A stretch of DNA of 64,000 bases from Promethearchaeota archaeon (GCA_048938385.1 JBHLMG010000011.1:1-64000); one strand, 5' to 3'. Counted from the stretch's first letter, positions 1-9,854 are shown. Program-made: numbers and translations. The notes: generated from the sequence alone by a model not told the origin.

Positions 1-787
1 TCTCTATCTCACCTTAAACCGCCCCACTCGGGCTAACAGCCTTGATCCCCCAACTATCATTGCCCTCCGACAAGCCTTCTTAGATGCCCAATCAAACCCG
101 AATATTAGAGTAATTGTTCTCACAGGGTCGGGCAACCGAGACTTCACAACTGGAATAGACATATCTGCAGCAGCTCCCTTGGGAACTCAAGCTATCGGAA
201 ATATCGCCGATACTGCAGGTGATATCGCCACTCTCATCTATCATGGGAAACCAACGATCGTTGCTATTAATGGACGAGCGATGGGCATGGGTGGGCTTTT
301 CGCAGCAGCGGCTGATTATCGGTTAATACACGAAACAGCGTTTATCCGAATGCCAGAAATCAACATCCCTGTTTTTCCGGGAGGAACAGCAATAGCAATT
401 TTCACACGGATCTGTGGAATCTCATGGACAAAACGCATCTTCCTCCTTGGCGAGCCCCTTTCTCCAAAAGATGCCTTAAACGCTAATCTAGTTGATGAGA
501 TTGTACCCAACCAACAAGAGTTAGAACGGCGTACAAGTGAGGTCGCTCAGAACCTCGCAATGAAAAATTCCGCGGTAGTAAAGGGCATAAAATTAGCCGC
601 ACCCAATGCCCTTGATATCCCCTATTCCCAGGTTCTGGAACTCGAATCTCAGTTAACAAACTTCTTCGATTGGAAATCTGAAGATCAAACTCTTACTCAG
701 ATCGCAAAGCACTTCAACATTCAATTTCAACTGAAAGGCGATCCTGATCGGTTGCTTAAGGATTACCAACAATCTCGGGGAAAATAA
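1..787 (+). CDS. Enoyl-CoA hydratase/isomerase (crotonase) family protein, 5'-truncated by window edge
   Basis: Frame is open from position 2 (LYLTLNRPTRANSLD...VIVLTGSG..DFTTGID), then KPTIVAING, MPEINI.VFPG and ALNANLVDEIV. The ORF-track start at 179 is internal. Confidence 0.92.
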   Translation, partial: LYLTLNRPTRANSLDPPTIIALRQAFLDAQSNPNIRVIVLTGSGNRDFTTGIDISAAAPLGTQAIGNIADTAGDIATLIYHGKPTIVAINGRAMGMGGLFAAAADYRLIHETAFIRMPEINIPVFPGGTAIAIFTRICGISWTKRIFLLGEPLSPKDALNANLVDEIVPNQQELERRTSEVAQNLAMKNSAVVKGIKLAAPNALDIPYSQVLELESQLTNFFDWKSEDQTLTQIAKHFNIQFQLKGDPDRLLKDYQQSRGK

Positions 788-853
788 GGATTTTAGCTAC
801 CCTGCTAACAAATAAGCCTAATTTTCGGCCTTTCCAGGAAGCTACAAGGGGGT

Positions 854-1555
854 TCATTCAGGCATCTCCTTCTTTGCGCTTTCAATCCATTTTTGCACCA
901 GAGCCTTTGTGATCTTGTATCCCGCCGGTACTAGGACACGACCAAATTTTTCAGCTGTAGACACTTTGTTATAAAGGTCTTCGACATCTGCAACTGCAAG
1001 TTCTTCGATACTTGTCAGGTTTGCACCTAACACGATACATTCAGCGTCTTCTTCGGAAACATCATCCAACCAAGTTAACCGAGCCATGGCAATCCATTTC
1101 TTAGCCACGGTTTCACTTACATCAACTAGTCTCGTAATCTTATCAGGTGCTGTGAGCGCAAGGTCTTCGACATACTCGATGCCCCCTTCCTCAAGTCTTT
1201 GACCATAACCTTTCCCAATTCCTTCAATGGTACTAACGGGTAATTGCTTTTTTCCAGGAGAAGGTAATATGACCTCAGGAACAAATTCTTCAGGACCAGC
1301 TGGGGGTTCGGCGGTTCTAATTTCAACTGTTTCTGTTGGTTTAGCCCCTTTCACACTGGGTGTTTTCATAACCTGTTCCCGAGTCATATACCAGAGTAGG
1401 AAGATAATCAGGAAAGAAATACCTGTGATGATGAGGGCAATTCCAACGAGGGCCAAAGGTGCCAACATGAAGTGTACAACGGTTCCGGTAATGATCAACA
1501 CAATGCTAAGGATTATGAGGAGGTAGCTTAACCCTGAGAGTTTTTGTGACACCAT
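854..1555 (-). CDS. Membrane-anchored DUF4332-like helix-hairpin-helix protein
   Basis: Two N-terminal hydrophobic helices, Pro-rich linker, HhH motif VSTIEGIGKGYGQRLEEGGI, second repeat LANLTSIEELA-like, ending KWIESAK. Confidence 0.75.
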   Translation of the reverse strand: MVSQKLSGLSYLLIILSIVLIITGTVVHFMLAPLALVGIALIITGISFLIIFLLWYMTREQVMKTPSVKGAKPTETVEIRTAEPPAGPEEFVPEVILPSPGKKQLPVSTIEGIGKGYGQRLEEGGIEYVEDLALTAPDKITRLVDVSETVAKKWIAMARLTWLDDVSEEDAECIVLGANLTSIEELAVADVEDLYNKVSTAEKFGRVLVPAGYKITKALVQKWIESAKKEMPE

Positions 1556-1680
1556 TCATTTCTCCTTGAATGTGCGACGATATGGGGTTTCTTCCTATAA
1601 ATTACATTGCTTCTGCAATGACTTCTAGTAACATCGAAATCGCAGACCGCATCTTCCTGACTACCCCTAATTCCAGTTAG

Positions 1681-2391
1681 CTACCATTCTACAAGTTTAG
1701 ACAACGATTTTGCCTTCTCCACAGCATTAGCGACTTCTTTCGGTAAAGGTGGAATCCCCTTGAACCCTGTTTTAGTCACAAACTCTGTAGCTTTAAGACG
1801 CAGCTCTTCAGGATTCCATTGTGCCATCATGGGTATGGACTGAACACCCATATCCACATACAGTCGAGCTCGAATGCTCTTTATACCAGGGAGCCGGGAT
1901 AAGTCTGAAAGGCTTACCAGATCTTCTATTGCTTTTATTGGGATCGCAGTCTGTTTAGCGAGGGTTTGGCGTTGTTGAGGAGTACGCCCATGTTGAATCA
2001 TCTGCTTCACATCTCGTATCTTTAGTTCAGCCAGTTTCTCAATATAATCTGGATTTACTCCCATAAACTTCTTCAACAGGTATGGTTTTCGTTGCCTCGC
2101 TGTTCGTTGCTCTCGTAATTTCCTCGCTTTAACCACTAATTCATGATTCTTAGTATACTCAAAGTAAGAGCCAAGAGCCCATAATGGGGTCTTCGCTGAT
2201 TCTTTAAGATCTTGTTCAACCCAGATAACATAGGCTTCCAGGTCCTCACTTTCAGCTTGGTTTAGTAGTTTTTCTGGAACCTGATTTTTAAGATAGGATT
2301 GGAAGCCCTGGACTAATTTTACTACCCTATCTACGACCTGAGGGGTTTTGCTCTTTTGTTTCAGGAATTTCCGAAACCCTCTTTCGTCCAT
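1681..2391 (-). CDS. DUF4332 HhH protein with an N-terminal integrase core-binding (SAM-like) domain
   Basis: Likely start MDERGF at 2391 after GGGGAG (ORF track starts at 2436). C-terminal SDLSRLPGIKSIRARLY..GV is DUF4332-like. N-terminal FRKFLK...EDLEAYV...ALGSYFEY resembles the tyrosine recombinase CB domain. Confidence 0.72.
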   Translation of the reverse strand: MDERGFRKFLKQKSKTPQVVDRVVKLVQGFQSYLKNQVPEKLLNQAESEDLEAYVIWVEQDLKESAKTPLWALGSYFEYTKNHELVVKARKLREQRTARQRKPYLLKKFMGVNPDYIEKLAELKIRDVKQMIQHGRTPQQRQTLAKQTAIPIKAIEDLVSLSDLSRLPGIKSIRARLYVDMGVQSIPMMAQWNPEELRLKATEFVTKTGFKGIPPLPKEVANAVEKAKSLSKLVEW

Positions 2392-2497
2392 GATCAAATC
2401 TCCCCAAAACGGGTTGATACAAACACAAGTTGCCACAAAGGTTTTACCATTAATAATTTGAGAGCTGCGTATACATCAAGTCACCGGAAGGGTCAAA

Positions 2498-3664
2498 ATG
2501 TTTAACGAAGAAGGCATGGAACAATCTGTTGTCCTCGATGAGTTAGCAAAGCATCTTGAAGCCGATGTCAGCTATGTTAGTGGGTATCCCATTGCATCAA
2601 TGTCTAGCACTCCCCACTCCTTAGGAATCAAAGTATTTTGTCAAACGATGGAAAAAAACGCTGGGCGGTATTATACCTTTTCAGGGGCTAGGTCAGTTGA
2701 ACAGGAACTTATCGCCATGGTTGGTGACCTATTGCACCTCCAAAGCGGAGAGGGTATTACTACCTCTGGTGGAACTGAATCCAATATCTTAGCACTACTA
2801 GCTGCCAGAGAAACCAATCCGGCTCCTACCCGGCGCCCAATAGTCATCGCACCACAGACTATCCATTCTTCCATCGATAAGGCTGCCTGGTTGTTAGGGT
2901 TGAAACTAGTCAAAACCGAAGTGGACGATCAGTATCGAGCGATTCCTGACGCCATTAAGAAAAACATCACAGAAAACACTATTGGGATAGTGGCTACAGC
3001 TGGAACCACCTATCTTGGTCAAGTTGACCCTATCCCTGAAATCAGTGAAATAGCCGAAGCTCATCAATTGTCATTACATGTCGATGCAGCTTTTGGTGGT
3101 TTTGTACTTCCTTTCCTTGCAAACCTTGGATACTATGCCCCACCTTTTGATTTCTCTATCGAAGGCGTGACCAGTATTAGCATGGATCCGCACAAAATGG
3201 GGCTTGCTCCCATTCCCGCTAGCACTCTCACCTTTCGGAACGCTGCAGATCTTGAAAGGATAACCCACCGAATACCCTATCTTTTAGGATTCAGTGCGAC
3301 TCAAACCTCGCTCTTAGGTACTCGCCCTGCAGGTTCCATTCTTGCTAGCTGGGCAATCATGAAGCACTTAGGGCGGCGTGGCTATCAGGACTTAGTTAAA
3401 ATGTGTATGCATGCAACCATGCTCGCCAAGGAGAAAGTTGAACAAGCACCAAACCTGATGCTTGCCATTAATCCTGTCATGAATGTGCTGGGCATCCAAC
3501 TGACAAAGCATCAAGTCTTAAATGTCGTATCACAACTAGAAAAGAAAGGATGGCGCATTGCTATTTCGCCACTACCTCCTAGTATTCGCATGGTGTGTAT
3601 GCCTCACCTTACTCCTAGGGTTATTCACACCTTTTTTGATGACCTAGATAAGGTCCTAAAATAA
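2498..3664 (+). CDS. mfnA: PLP-dependent L-tyrosine/L-aspartate decarboxylase (MfnA type)
   Basis: TSGGTESNI, HSSIDKAA, AGTTYLGQVDPI, LHVDAAFGG, DPHKMG (PLP Lys), GTRPAG. Confidence 0.88.
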   Translation: MFNEEGMEQSVVLDELAKHLEADVSYVSGYPIASMSSTPHSLGIKVFCQTMEKNAGRYYTFSGARSVEQELIAMVGDLLHLQSGEGITTSGGTESNILALLAARETNPAPTRRPIVIAPQTIHSSIDKAAWLLGLKLVKTEVDDQYRAIPDAIKKNITENTIGIVATAGTTYLGQVDPIPEISEIAEAHQLSLHVDAAFGGFVLPFLANLGYYAPPFDFSIEGVTSISMDPHKMGLAPIPASTLTFRNAADLERITHRIPYLLGFSATQTSLLGTRPAGSILASWAIMKHLGRRGYQDLVKMCMHATMLAKEKVEQAPNLMLAINPVMNVLGIQLTKHQVLNVVSQLEKKGWRIAISPLPPSIRMVCMPHLTPRVIHTFFDDLDKVLK

Positions 3665-3772
3665 GAAAAGCTAATGAGCTTATCATATTCTATGAAGAAG
3701 CTAGATCTGCTTTTTTCCTTATACTTAGTTACTTAACGCAATAATTACATAGCATGGTCTATACGAATCTGT

Positions 3773-5998
3773 TCACCGTAGAGTCTTATACGGTCCAAGA
3801 TCAAAACCATGGCCAGTAGCCATTCTACGGTTGCCTTTACCAATGAGAACTAAGAGTCGGTGTAATTGAAGGGACGCCCGGATAGTTCCATTCAGGAGGA
3901 AGGGAGCCAATGTCATTAAGTAAATTGCATTCAAAGGGCAGAGAATCAGGATTAGGACAAAGGTGGGTAAGGAGAACTGTTCGTAGGGAAGGAAGAAGAA
4001 GGGCATTCCTGCTAACATGTAAGGATCAATAGGGGTTGTAATATCAGGAGTTGTGTTTTGGTGAATTCGCAAATCAAGAAGGTTGCATTCAGTGGCGATA
4101 GATTGGTTCACAGTAAAGGCTTGATAATCTCCTGACCGCCAGACACGGTATAATAAATCACTGACATGGACTTGAGGTCTTGCCAAGTTGGAGAAATGAT
4201 AGATATAGAATCCAGCCCAAGGCCGGTTCCGTGCCACAGGACCTGAAGTAAATTTACGGGGGGAGATGAAGACTTCGTACATACCATCATGATATCCATT
4301 TAAGGTGATGGTTGTATTCCAGGTTGAGGGTGAAACCTGGGTTAAGGTTCTATAGATTGCTTGGGAGTGATCATCGGTTTTTCGGATGTAACTGTATAAG
4401 TGGAGTGTTGGTGTATCAGTAATAATGGTCAGGTTTAGTTCGTTTTTAATGAGGTCAAAAGATCGCACAGATACAACACTCGCATAATCACTCTCAACGA
4501 GATTATGCGAGAATACTGACGGATAAGTTGTGATAACAAAATAGCTCTCTCTTCCCCTGACTTTAATATCATAAAACATCTTCTGCGCACAATAGACAGG
4601 CCAATCACTGTCGCCCCAATCTGGGAGGGTCTCGTATCCAGTACGGCTGGTGATGAAGTAATTCACACCGTGAGGAGCATAAAGCATTGCGTCCTCTGAA
4701 AACTGCCCTTCGAGCGAATCGATTCGGTAAAGCTCTTCGATGGATACATAAGGTTCAACTTTCTCTGTAGATGTCCAATAAAAATTCGGAAGGGAAATGA
4801 CTACCACAGCAATCATGAGTATAGTTATGACGCCAAGCTGGAAGGAACGCACATTGAATCGTCGGCGACCAAAATAGTTCGCAACTCCCTGTAAGCCATT
4901 CGTTATTTTATTGATGAAGGGAATGAGGCTCGCACCAATAATCAGGTATGCAGGGAGGAAGCACATGAGTTGGAACCGAAAACTCCAACCTCCCAACATG
5001 ACCCCCATCAAAAAATTGGTCAGAAAAAGTATGATGAGAATTCGATCGGATATACGATTTCGAGCTAATAGAAAAATGGCCCCAAAGAAGGCAAGAAATA
5101 AAATTAAGCCCATTGATAATTGTGCGGATAGCTCAATGAGCATTGGAGTATCCGTTAGCGTGCTGAGGGGAAGACCGAACATGTTGACCATTGCTTCAAG
5201 CGAATTCATTCCTGAAGAGTAATTTGCGGCCTTCCATAACGAACTAGAAGTATACCATGTATTCCCTGCAGGTATCACGATATCAAAGAATAGATACACT
5301 GAGACGAAACAAAGTCCGATGGCTCCCAACGGAATGACGATTCGTCGAAGTACTGTGAAGCCCTGGCGTGCCCGAAGCGCTTTAATGCTTTCATAACCGA
5401 GGATAGCAATTACCGTTGCGAAAAGCCACGCCACTGTCATGAGGTGGCTAAGTACAGTGAGGATCCCGGTTATGAGAAAGCCTAGAAGGTCACGAGTTTT
5501 ATGACCTGAGGCCATGTAGCGATAGAGAAAGGCTACGGCAAATGGTAAAAAGGCTAAGGCGGCTTCGTTCTTTACCAAGCTGGTGGAAAACTCTAACATA
5601 CTGACATCTAGAACTCCTAGAATCCCAGCGATTAAACCAGCACGCCAATCATTGCCTGTGAGAGTGTATCCTGCATAAAAGAGCCCTACAGTGAGTAATC
5701 CAGCGAAAACTGCAGAGGTGATTTTCACCGCTAAGATCACATTTCCGCCAAAAAGTAAAGTGAAGAAAGCAGCTACGGCAAATGAAAAAATTGGTGCGTC
5801 ATAGAAAAGAAGCCCTTCGGTGATAAGGGATAAAACATTAATTGTATAGTAGGCTCCGTCAATGCCGACCTCAATGGGGTATGCTAGTGTTGTGATGAGT
5901 CGGGTGATAAAGACAATTAGAAATAAACTCAGCATAATGCCTAGATTTAACCAACGACTCTTGAGAGGTGAATAGTCGTCTTCCGACAACAGCAGCAT
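3773..5998 (-). CDS. Polytopic membrane protein, GT-C-fold glycosyltransferase-like
   Basis: About 12 TM segments, first-loop GIDGAYY acidic motif, YDAP and KNE motifs, a large soluble domain and a C-terminal TM. Confidence 0.55.
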   Translation of the reverse strand: MLLLSEDDYSPLKSRWLNLGIMLSLFLIVFITRLITTLAYPIEVGIDGAYYTINVLSLITEGLLFYDAPIFSFAVAAFFTLLFGGNVILAVKITSAVFAGLLTVGLFYAGYTLTGNDWRAGLIAGILGVLDVSMLEFSTSLVKNEAALAFLPFAVAFLYRYMASGHKTRDLLGFLITGILTVLSHLMTVAWLFATVIAILGYESIKALRARQGFTVLRRIVIPLGAIGLCFVSVYLFFDIVIPAGNTWYTSSSLWKAANYSSGMNSLEAMVNMFGLPLSTLTDTPMLIELSAQLSMGLILFLAFFGAIFLLARNRISDRILIILFLTNFLMGVMLGGWSFRFQLMCFLPAYLIIGASLIPFINKITNGLQGVANYFGRRRFNVRSFQLGVITILMIAVVVISLPNFYWTSTEKVEPYVSIEELYRIDSLEGQFSEDAMLYAPHGVNYFITSRTGYETLPDWGDSDWPVYCAQKMFYDIKVRGRESYFVITTYPSVFSHNLVESDYASVVSVRSFDLIKNELNLTIITDTPTLHLYSYIRKTDDHSQAIYRTLTQVSPSTWNTTITLNGYHDGMYEVFISPRKFTSGPVARNRPWAGFYIYHFSNLARPQVHVSDLLYRVWRSGDYQAFTVNQSIATECNLLDLRIHQNTTPDITTPIDPYMLAGMPFFFLPYEQFSLPTFVLILILCPLNAIYLMTLAPFLLNGTIRASLQLHRLLVLIGKGNRRMATGHGFDLGPYKTLR

Positions 5999-6140
5999 CT
6001 CGTCTTTCTATTTACAGGTTGAACTAGTTTATATATGATGGTCCCTCCAGTGGGATATCCCCTGGAGGGTACTTCCTTCAAATTAGGTATCAGCCATAAA
6101 AAGTTTCGCTAAGGTTTTTAGCACACCAAGTGTTCAAACA

Positions 6141-6527
6141 ATGGCAATGAGTCTTCAAAAACGCTATCACTTGCTCATCGATGTCTCTGATTGCCAATCG
6201 GATTTGTTAAGCAATCCTGAACGCGTTTCCGAATTTATTCGGCAGCTTGCTCAACTGAGTAGTATGCAAGTAATATTTGGCCCCGAGATAATCGAAGGAT
6301 CACCAGAAAATCCTGGGCTCACTGGGCTAGCGGTGATAGACTATTCCCATATCGCAGTACACACCTTCCCGTTTTCTGGAGATTTATTCATCGATTTATT
6401 TTCCTGTAAACCCTTCCCCGTTACACAGATAATGAACTTCATTAAAGAAACTTTCATCTTAGATGATGCCCAGATTACGATGCAAGCGATCAACCTCAAC
6501 GCTCGGAATGCTCATTCTTTGAGCTAA
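6141..6527 (+). CDS. speD: Pyruvoyl-dependent S-adenosylmethionine decarboxylase family proenzyme
   Basis: HLLIDVSDC, GLTGLAVIDYSHIAVHTFP, IDLFSCK. Confidence 0.78.
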   Translation: MAMSLQKRYHLLIDVSDCQSDLLSNPERVSEFIRQLAQLSSMQVIFGPEIIEGSPENPGLTGLAVIDYSHIAVHTFPFSGDLFIDLFSCKPFPVTQIMNFIKETFILDDAQITMQAINLNARNAHSLS

Positions 6528-6573
6528 CGGTGTAAATGTTGGTGTTGGCTTTCGTTTTCCTTAACCAGAACTT

Positions 6574-6846
6574 ATGATGACCATACAAGATGATCGTGAT
6601 CATCAGGTCATATCAAAAGGTGCATACCGATGGATTCGCCATCCTGGTTACCTTAGACAAATCTTGTTCTATATCGGAACACCATTGCTGTTAACATCCT
6701 GGTGGGCTTTCCTACTCTGCGTCCTCATGGCACTAGTATTCGTATATCGGACAGCTAAAGAAGATAGAAACCGGCGAGACGAATTAGATGGCTACCAGGA
6801 ACACGCTAGTCAGGTTCGAAAACGATTAGTTCCTGGCATTTGGTGA
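6574..6846 (+). pseudogene. C-terminal fragment of an isoprenylcysteine carboxyl methyltransferase (ICMT/PEMT) family gene
   Basis: IQDDRDHQVISKGAYRWIRHPGY...KED...RLVPGIW is only the C-terminal part. Just 46 bp separate it from speD, leaving no room for the N-terminal TMs. Several consensus residues are altered. Confidence 0.65.
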
Positions 6847-6855
6847 AGAAACTAG

Positions 6856-8505
6856 TTACAGTTTGGCGATTTTCTGATCAAACACTTTTCGTAGGAGTGA
6901 TAGCCAGAGGTATCCGTTCGCCGTAATGGTATCATGGAAGAATTTCAAGGTAAACTTGTCGCCCATTTTCTTCTTGATCTCTTCTCGGAGCTGAAGAATC
7001 ATATGTTTCCCTAACAGGTATGAAAGTGGGTAACTCGGACTCTGGGTATACCGTCGGACTTCAGCTACTGCTCCCTCTTTTGAAATACCTACTTCTTGAA
7101 CTAACAGGTTCACAGCCTCATCCATCCTCATCCTTCCTTGCGAGAGCCGAACATCCACCATGATCCGAACGGCTCGCCACATGGCATCAGTCAATTGGAT
7201 TAGTTTCGCTTCAGAACTGGTAACAAAGCCTTCTTCCATCATCATTTGCTCACAATAGTGAGCCCACCCTTCAATGGTTTCCGTTCCAAGAGTGGAACCC
7301 ATTCCCGATCCGAGTAGGTGAACGAGGGAACTGCGATTAGAAATAGTCCCTTGAAGGAAATGTCCCGGGAATGCCTCGTGAACCGCCGTATTACGGAGTG
7401 TATGAAAATTAAGGTGTTTTCTCAGGTTCTTTGGATCCTTTGGTCGTGTGACTACATAGATTCCTTGCATAGGGTCATCAAACCGCGAAGGCATCATTAA
7501 CGCGGCAAAAGGAATCAGGGGAACAAGGAAACTTGGAGTCTCCTCCACGGTTAGCTGATCTTCTTCAAAAACTGTGGCTAAATTTTGTTTAATGAGAAAT
7601 CGTTTTGCATCGTTCATTGCAGAACGAGTGGCTTCCAAGGCTTCATCGAAGTTAGCGGGGGCTTGCTCTTCAATGGCGGCTATTACTTCCTTAATGTTCT
7701 TCTTTGGGTTAATTTCTGCTGCTACGCGTTTTCGCTCCTCCTTCAGCTCCTTGAAGTACTTCTCTCCGAGCTGATAGATCTCTTCTGATGTCATTCCAAG
7801 TTCACGGAGTTCGATGAGTCGCTCAAATCGTTCTTTGCCTAAAGCCCATTCATCACTGGTTTTTCCTTCTAGCGATTTTAGCCACTCCATCTGTTCATTC
7901 AGTGGTTCCATTATATCAGCGATTGCTTTTTCTAATCGTCCCTGCAATGCTTCGGGAACCTTCCCTTTTGCTAGAGTACCTATAAACTGAAACAGCATAG
8001 GAAATTGTTGACCCGTTTCTATGGCAATTTCAGTCCACAGCTTGACAGGTTTTGAAGCGTCAAAGCGAGTGCGGAATTCCTTAAGAAATCTTGGAACTTG
8101 TTCAAGTCGAGATACCAAGGCCTCAATGCGTTGTTCAAAGGGGGCATAATCTCGTGTGATCATCATGAAAAAGGTAGCCCCAAGTTGATCGTAAACATTC
8201 GGATTTTTTTCAAAGTCTCGGATTTCTTCTATCTCGAATCGAGATATTTCTAGTGCTTTTTCAATGACAAGCCAATCAATTTTGTTTTCATCATTAAGAT
8301 CCTTATATTTAACAGCTGATTTCATTTTTTCAGCAAATTTTTCAAGCATTTGTAGATTCTCGAAAATAGATTGAGTATCCCCTCGTGAGAGATGCCAATC
8401 GTAAGGATCATGCAACCCCAGAAAACTTGCTGCTTCGGGATTTTTTGTAAGGAATTCGTCGAACATTTCGTTTTTTAGCTCATCAAACTTAGTGTCTGCA
8501 CTCAA
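6856..8505 (-). CDS. DUF885 family protein (metallopeptidase-like)
   Basis: NPEAASFLGLHD, HEAFPGHFLQ, EGWAHYCE, RAVRIMVD, EVRRY, SYLLGK. Confidence 0.9.
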   Translation of the reverse strand: MSADTKFDELKNEMFDEFLTKNPEAASFLGLHDPYDWHLSRGDTQSIFENLQMLEKFAEKMKSAVKYKDLNDENKIDWLVIEKALEISRFEIEEIRDFEKNPNVYDQLGATFFMMITRDYAPFEQRIEALVSRLEQVPRFLKEFRTRFDASKPVKLWTEIAIETGQQFPMLFQFIGTLAKGKVPEALQGRLEKAIADIMEPLNEQMEWLKSLEGKTSDEWALGKERFERLIELRELGMTSEEIYQLGEKYFKELKEERKRVAAEINPKKNIKEVIAAIEEQAPANFDEALEATRSAMNDAKRFLIKQNLATVFEEDQLTVEETPSFLVPLIPFAALMMPSRFDDPMQGIYVVTRPKDPKNLRKHLNFHTLRNTAVHEAFPGHFLQGTISNRSSLVHLLGSGMGSTLGTETIEGWAHYCEQMMMEEGFVTSSEAKLIQLTDAMWRAVRIMVDVRLSQGRMRMDEAVNLLVQEVGISKEGAVAEVRRYTQSPSYPLSYLLGKHMILQLREEIKKKMGDKFTLKFFHDTITANGYLWLSLLRKVFDQKIAKL

Positions 8506-8745
8506 CGCGTTTTCACCATAAGGACTCCTATTCCGATAGGCGTGCGTTAAATGCCTTCCGCATCCGGCTGTTTCTCGGTAAGAAAAATCTAAATGTAAAA
8601 GTTAATTACATCTCCCTAGACTTAAAAAAGGGATAGTAAATTATATAAACATTTACTTAAACTAAAATTGGCTTTGACCTTAACCCTAATAGAATCCTAA
8701 AAAAGGTGAACAACAATCGAAGATCCAAAATATACCCTCCTTGAG

Positions 8746-9840
8746 GTGCCTTATCATCACCTTGTCATGGAAGGTTCTCACTATGAAGTAGGACAACAAC
8801 TCGCAGACTTTATCAGCCAAAATCCTAAAGCCAAACAGGTTTTCACATCAGGGACAACGGATCTGAAGAAACTTGGGTATCCCGATTTTCCTACATTATG
8901 GAATTATTGTGAAGCGTGCTGTAAGGGTATCACTGATGAAATTCAGGGCTTCGCTGACGGGCTCAATACCTCCCCGGAAACAGTGCCATTCTGGAATTGG
9001 ACCTTTGCTCCCTCGCTAGGCGGGGAATGTTCACAAGTTGCTGTGTTAGCCTCGGCGACCCAAGAGGAACAACCCTTGGTAGGACGCAGTTACGAATGGA
9101 ATCATACTGATGAGGATTTGAAACTCATCACGACGCGAGTCAAGGGCAAAGCCAGCCATCTCGGGTTCTCTTGTATCCTCTTTGGTAGACATGACGGCTT
9201 AAACGAGCATGGTTTAGTGGTATCCATGACAGGAGGCGGAATTTTCGGAGTACCCTTCAAACATCGAGGCCCGATGTTTTGGCTCGCTATCCGAGCACTC
9301 CTTGATTCCTGTGCTTCAGTGGAAAATGCTCTGCAAAAACTGAAAACCCTCCCGTTAACAGGGTATTGTTCTCTTCTCTTTGCAGATAAATACAACCATG
9401 CTGCTATCGTTGAAATCGCAGATGGAACGCAGAGTGTAATTCGCGTGCCAGAGGATGGCACTGAACCTTACTTGTTCTCTGTTAATCACTTCCGTCTCCC
9501 TGAAATGCAAATTTACAACAAACTAAATTGTGGCATCATCACCCACTCTCAACAACGTGAAGCTCTCATCACCAACTGGTACAAAACGCACACCCCCAAA
9601 ATCACAAAGGGGGATCTCCAAGACTTATTTGCCGCCCAGCACCCGAAAGGACTCTGTAACCACTTCTACAATGATGGATTTGGCACCCTCTGGTCCATGA
9701 TTTTCAGACCAACGCGATGTGAGGTAGACGCTTGTTTTGGCGCCCCAACTCATAATTCTTATTTTCGCTTTGGATTGGATGACCCATTAGGTATTACAGC
9801 GTACCCCACTCTCATACCCATAACCAAAGAACGCCTTTAA
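8746..9840 (+). CDS. Peptidase C45 / acyl-CoA:6-APA acyltransferase family Ntn hydrolase
   Basis: GSHYEVGQQ, EIQGFADG, GE-CSQ nucleophile Cys, GRSYEW, DGLNEHGL, NHF, GTLWSMIF. Confidence 0.88.
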   Translation: MPYHHLVMEGSHYEVGQQLADFISQNPKAKQVFTSGTTDLKKLGYPDFPTLWNYCEACCKGITDEIQGFADGLNTSPETVPFWNWTFAPSLGGECSQVAVLASATQEEQPLVGRSYEWNHTDEDLKLITTRVKGKASHLGFSCILFGRHDGLNEHGLVVSMTGGGIFGVPFKHRGPMFWLAIRALLDSCASVENALQKLKTLPLTGYCSLLFADKYNHAAIVEIADGTQSVIRVPEDGTEPYLFSVNHFRLPEMQIYNKLNCGIITHSQQREALITNWYKTHTPKITKGDLQDLFAAQHPKGLCNHFYNDGFGTLWSMIFRPTRCEVDACFGAPTHNSYFRFGLDDPLGITAYPTLIPITKERL

Positions 9841-9854
9841 ACCTCGATAATGAG

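Noticed and set aside
1681-2391. Integrase or mobile element
   Set aside because: Only a core-binding-like domain is present, with no catalytic R-H-R-Y domain, att sites or other mobile genes nearby.
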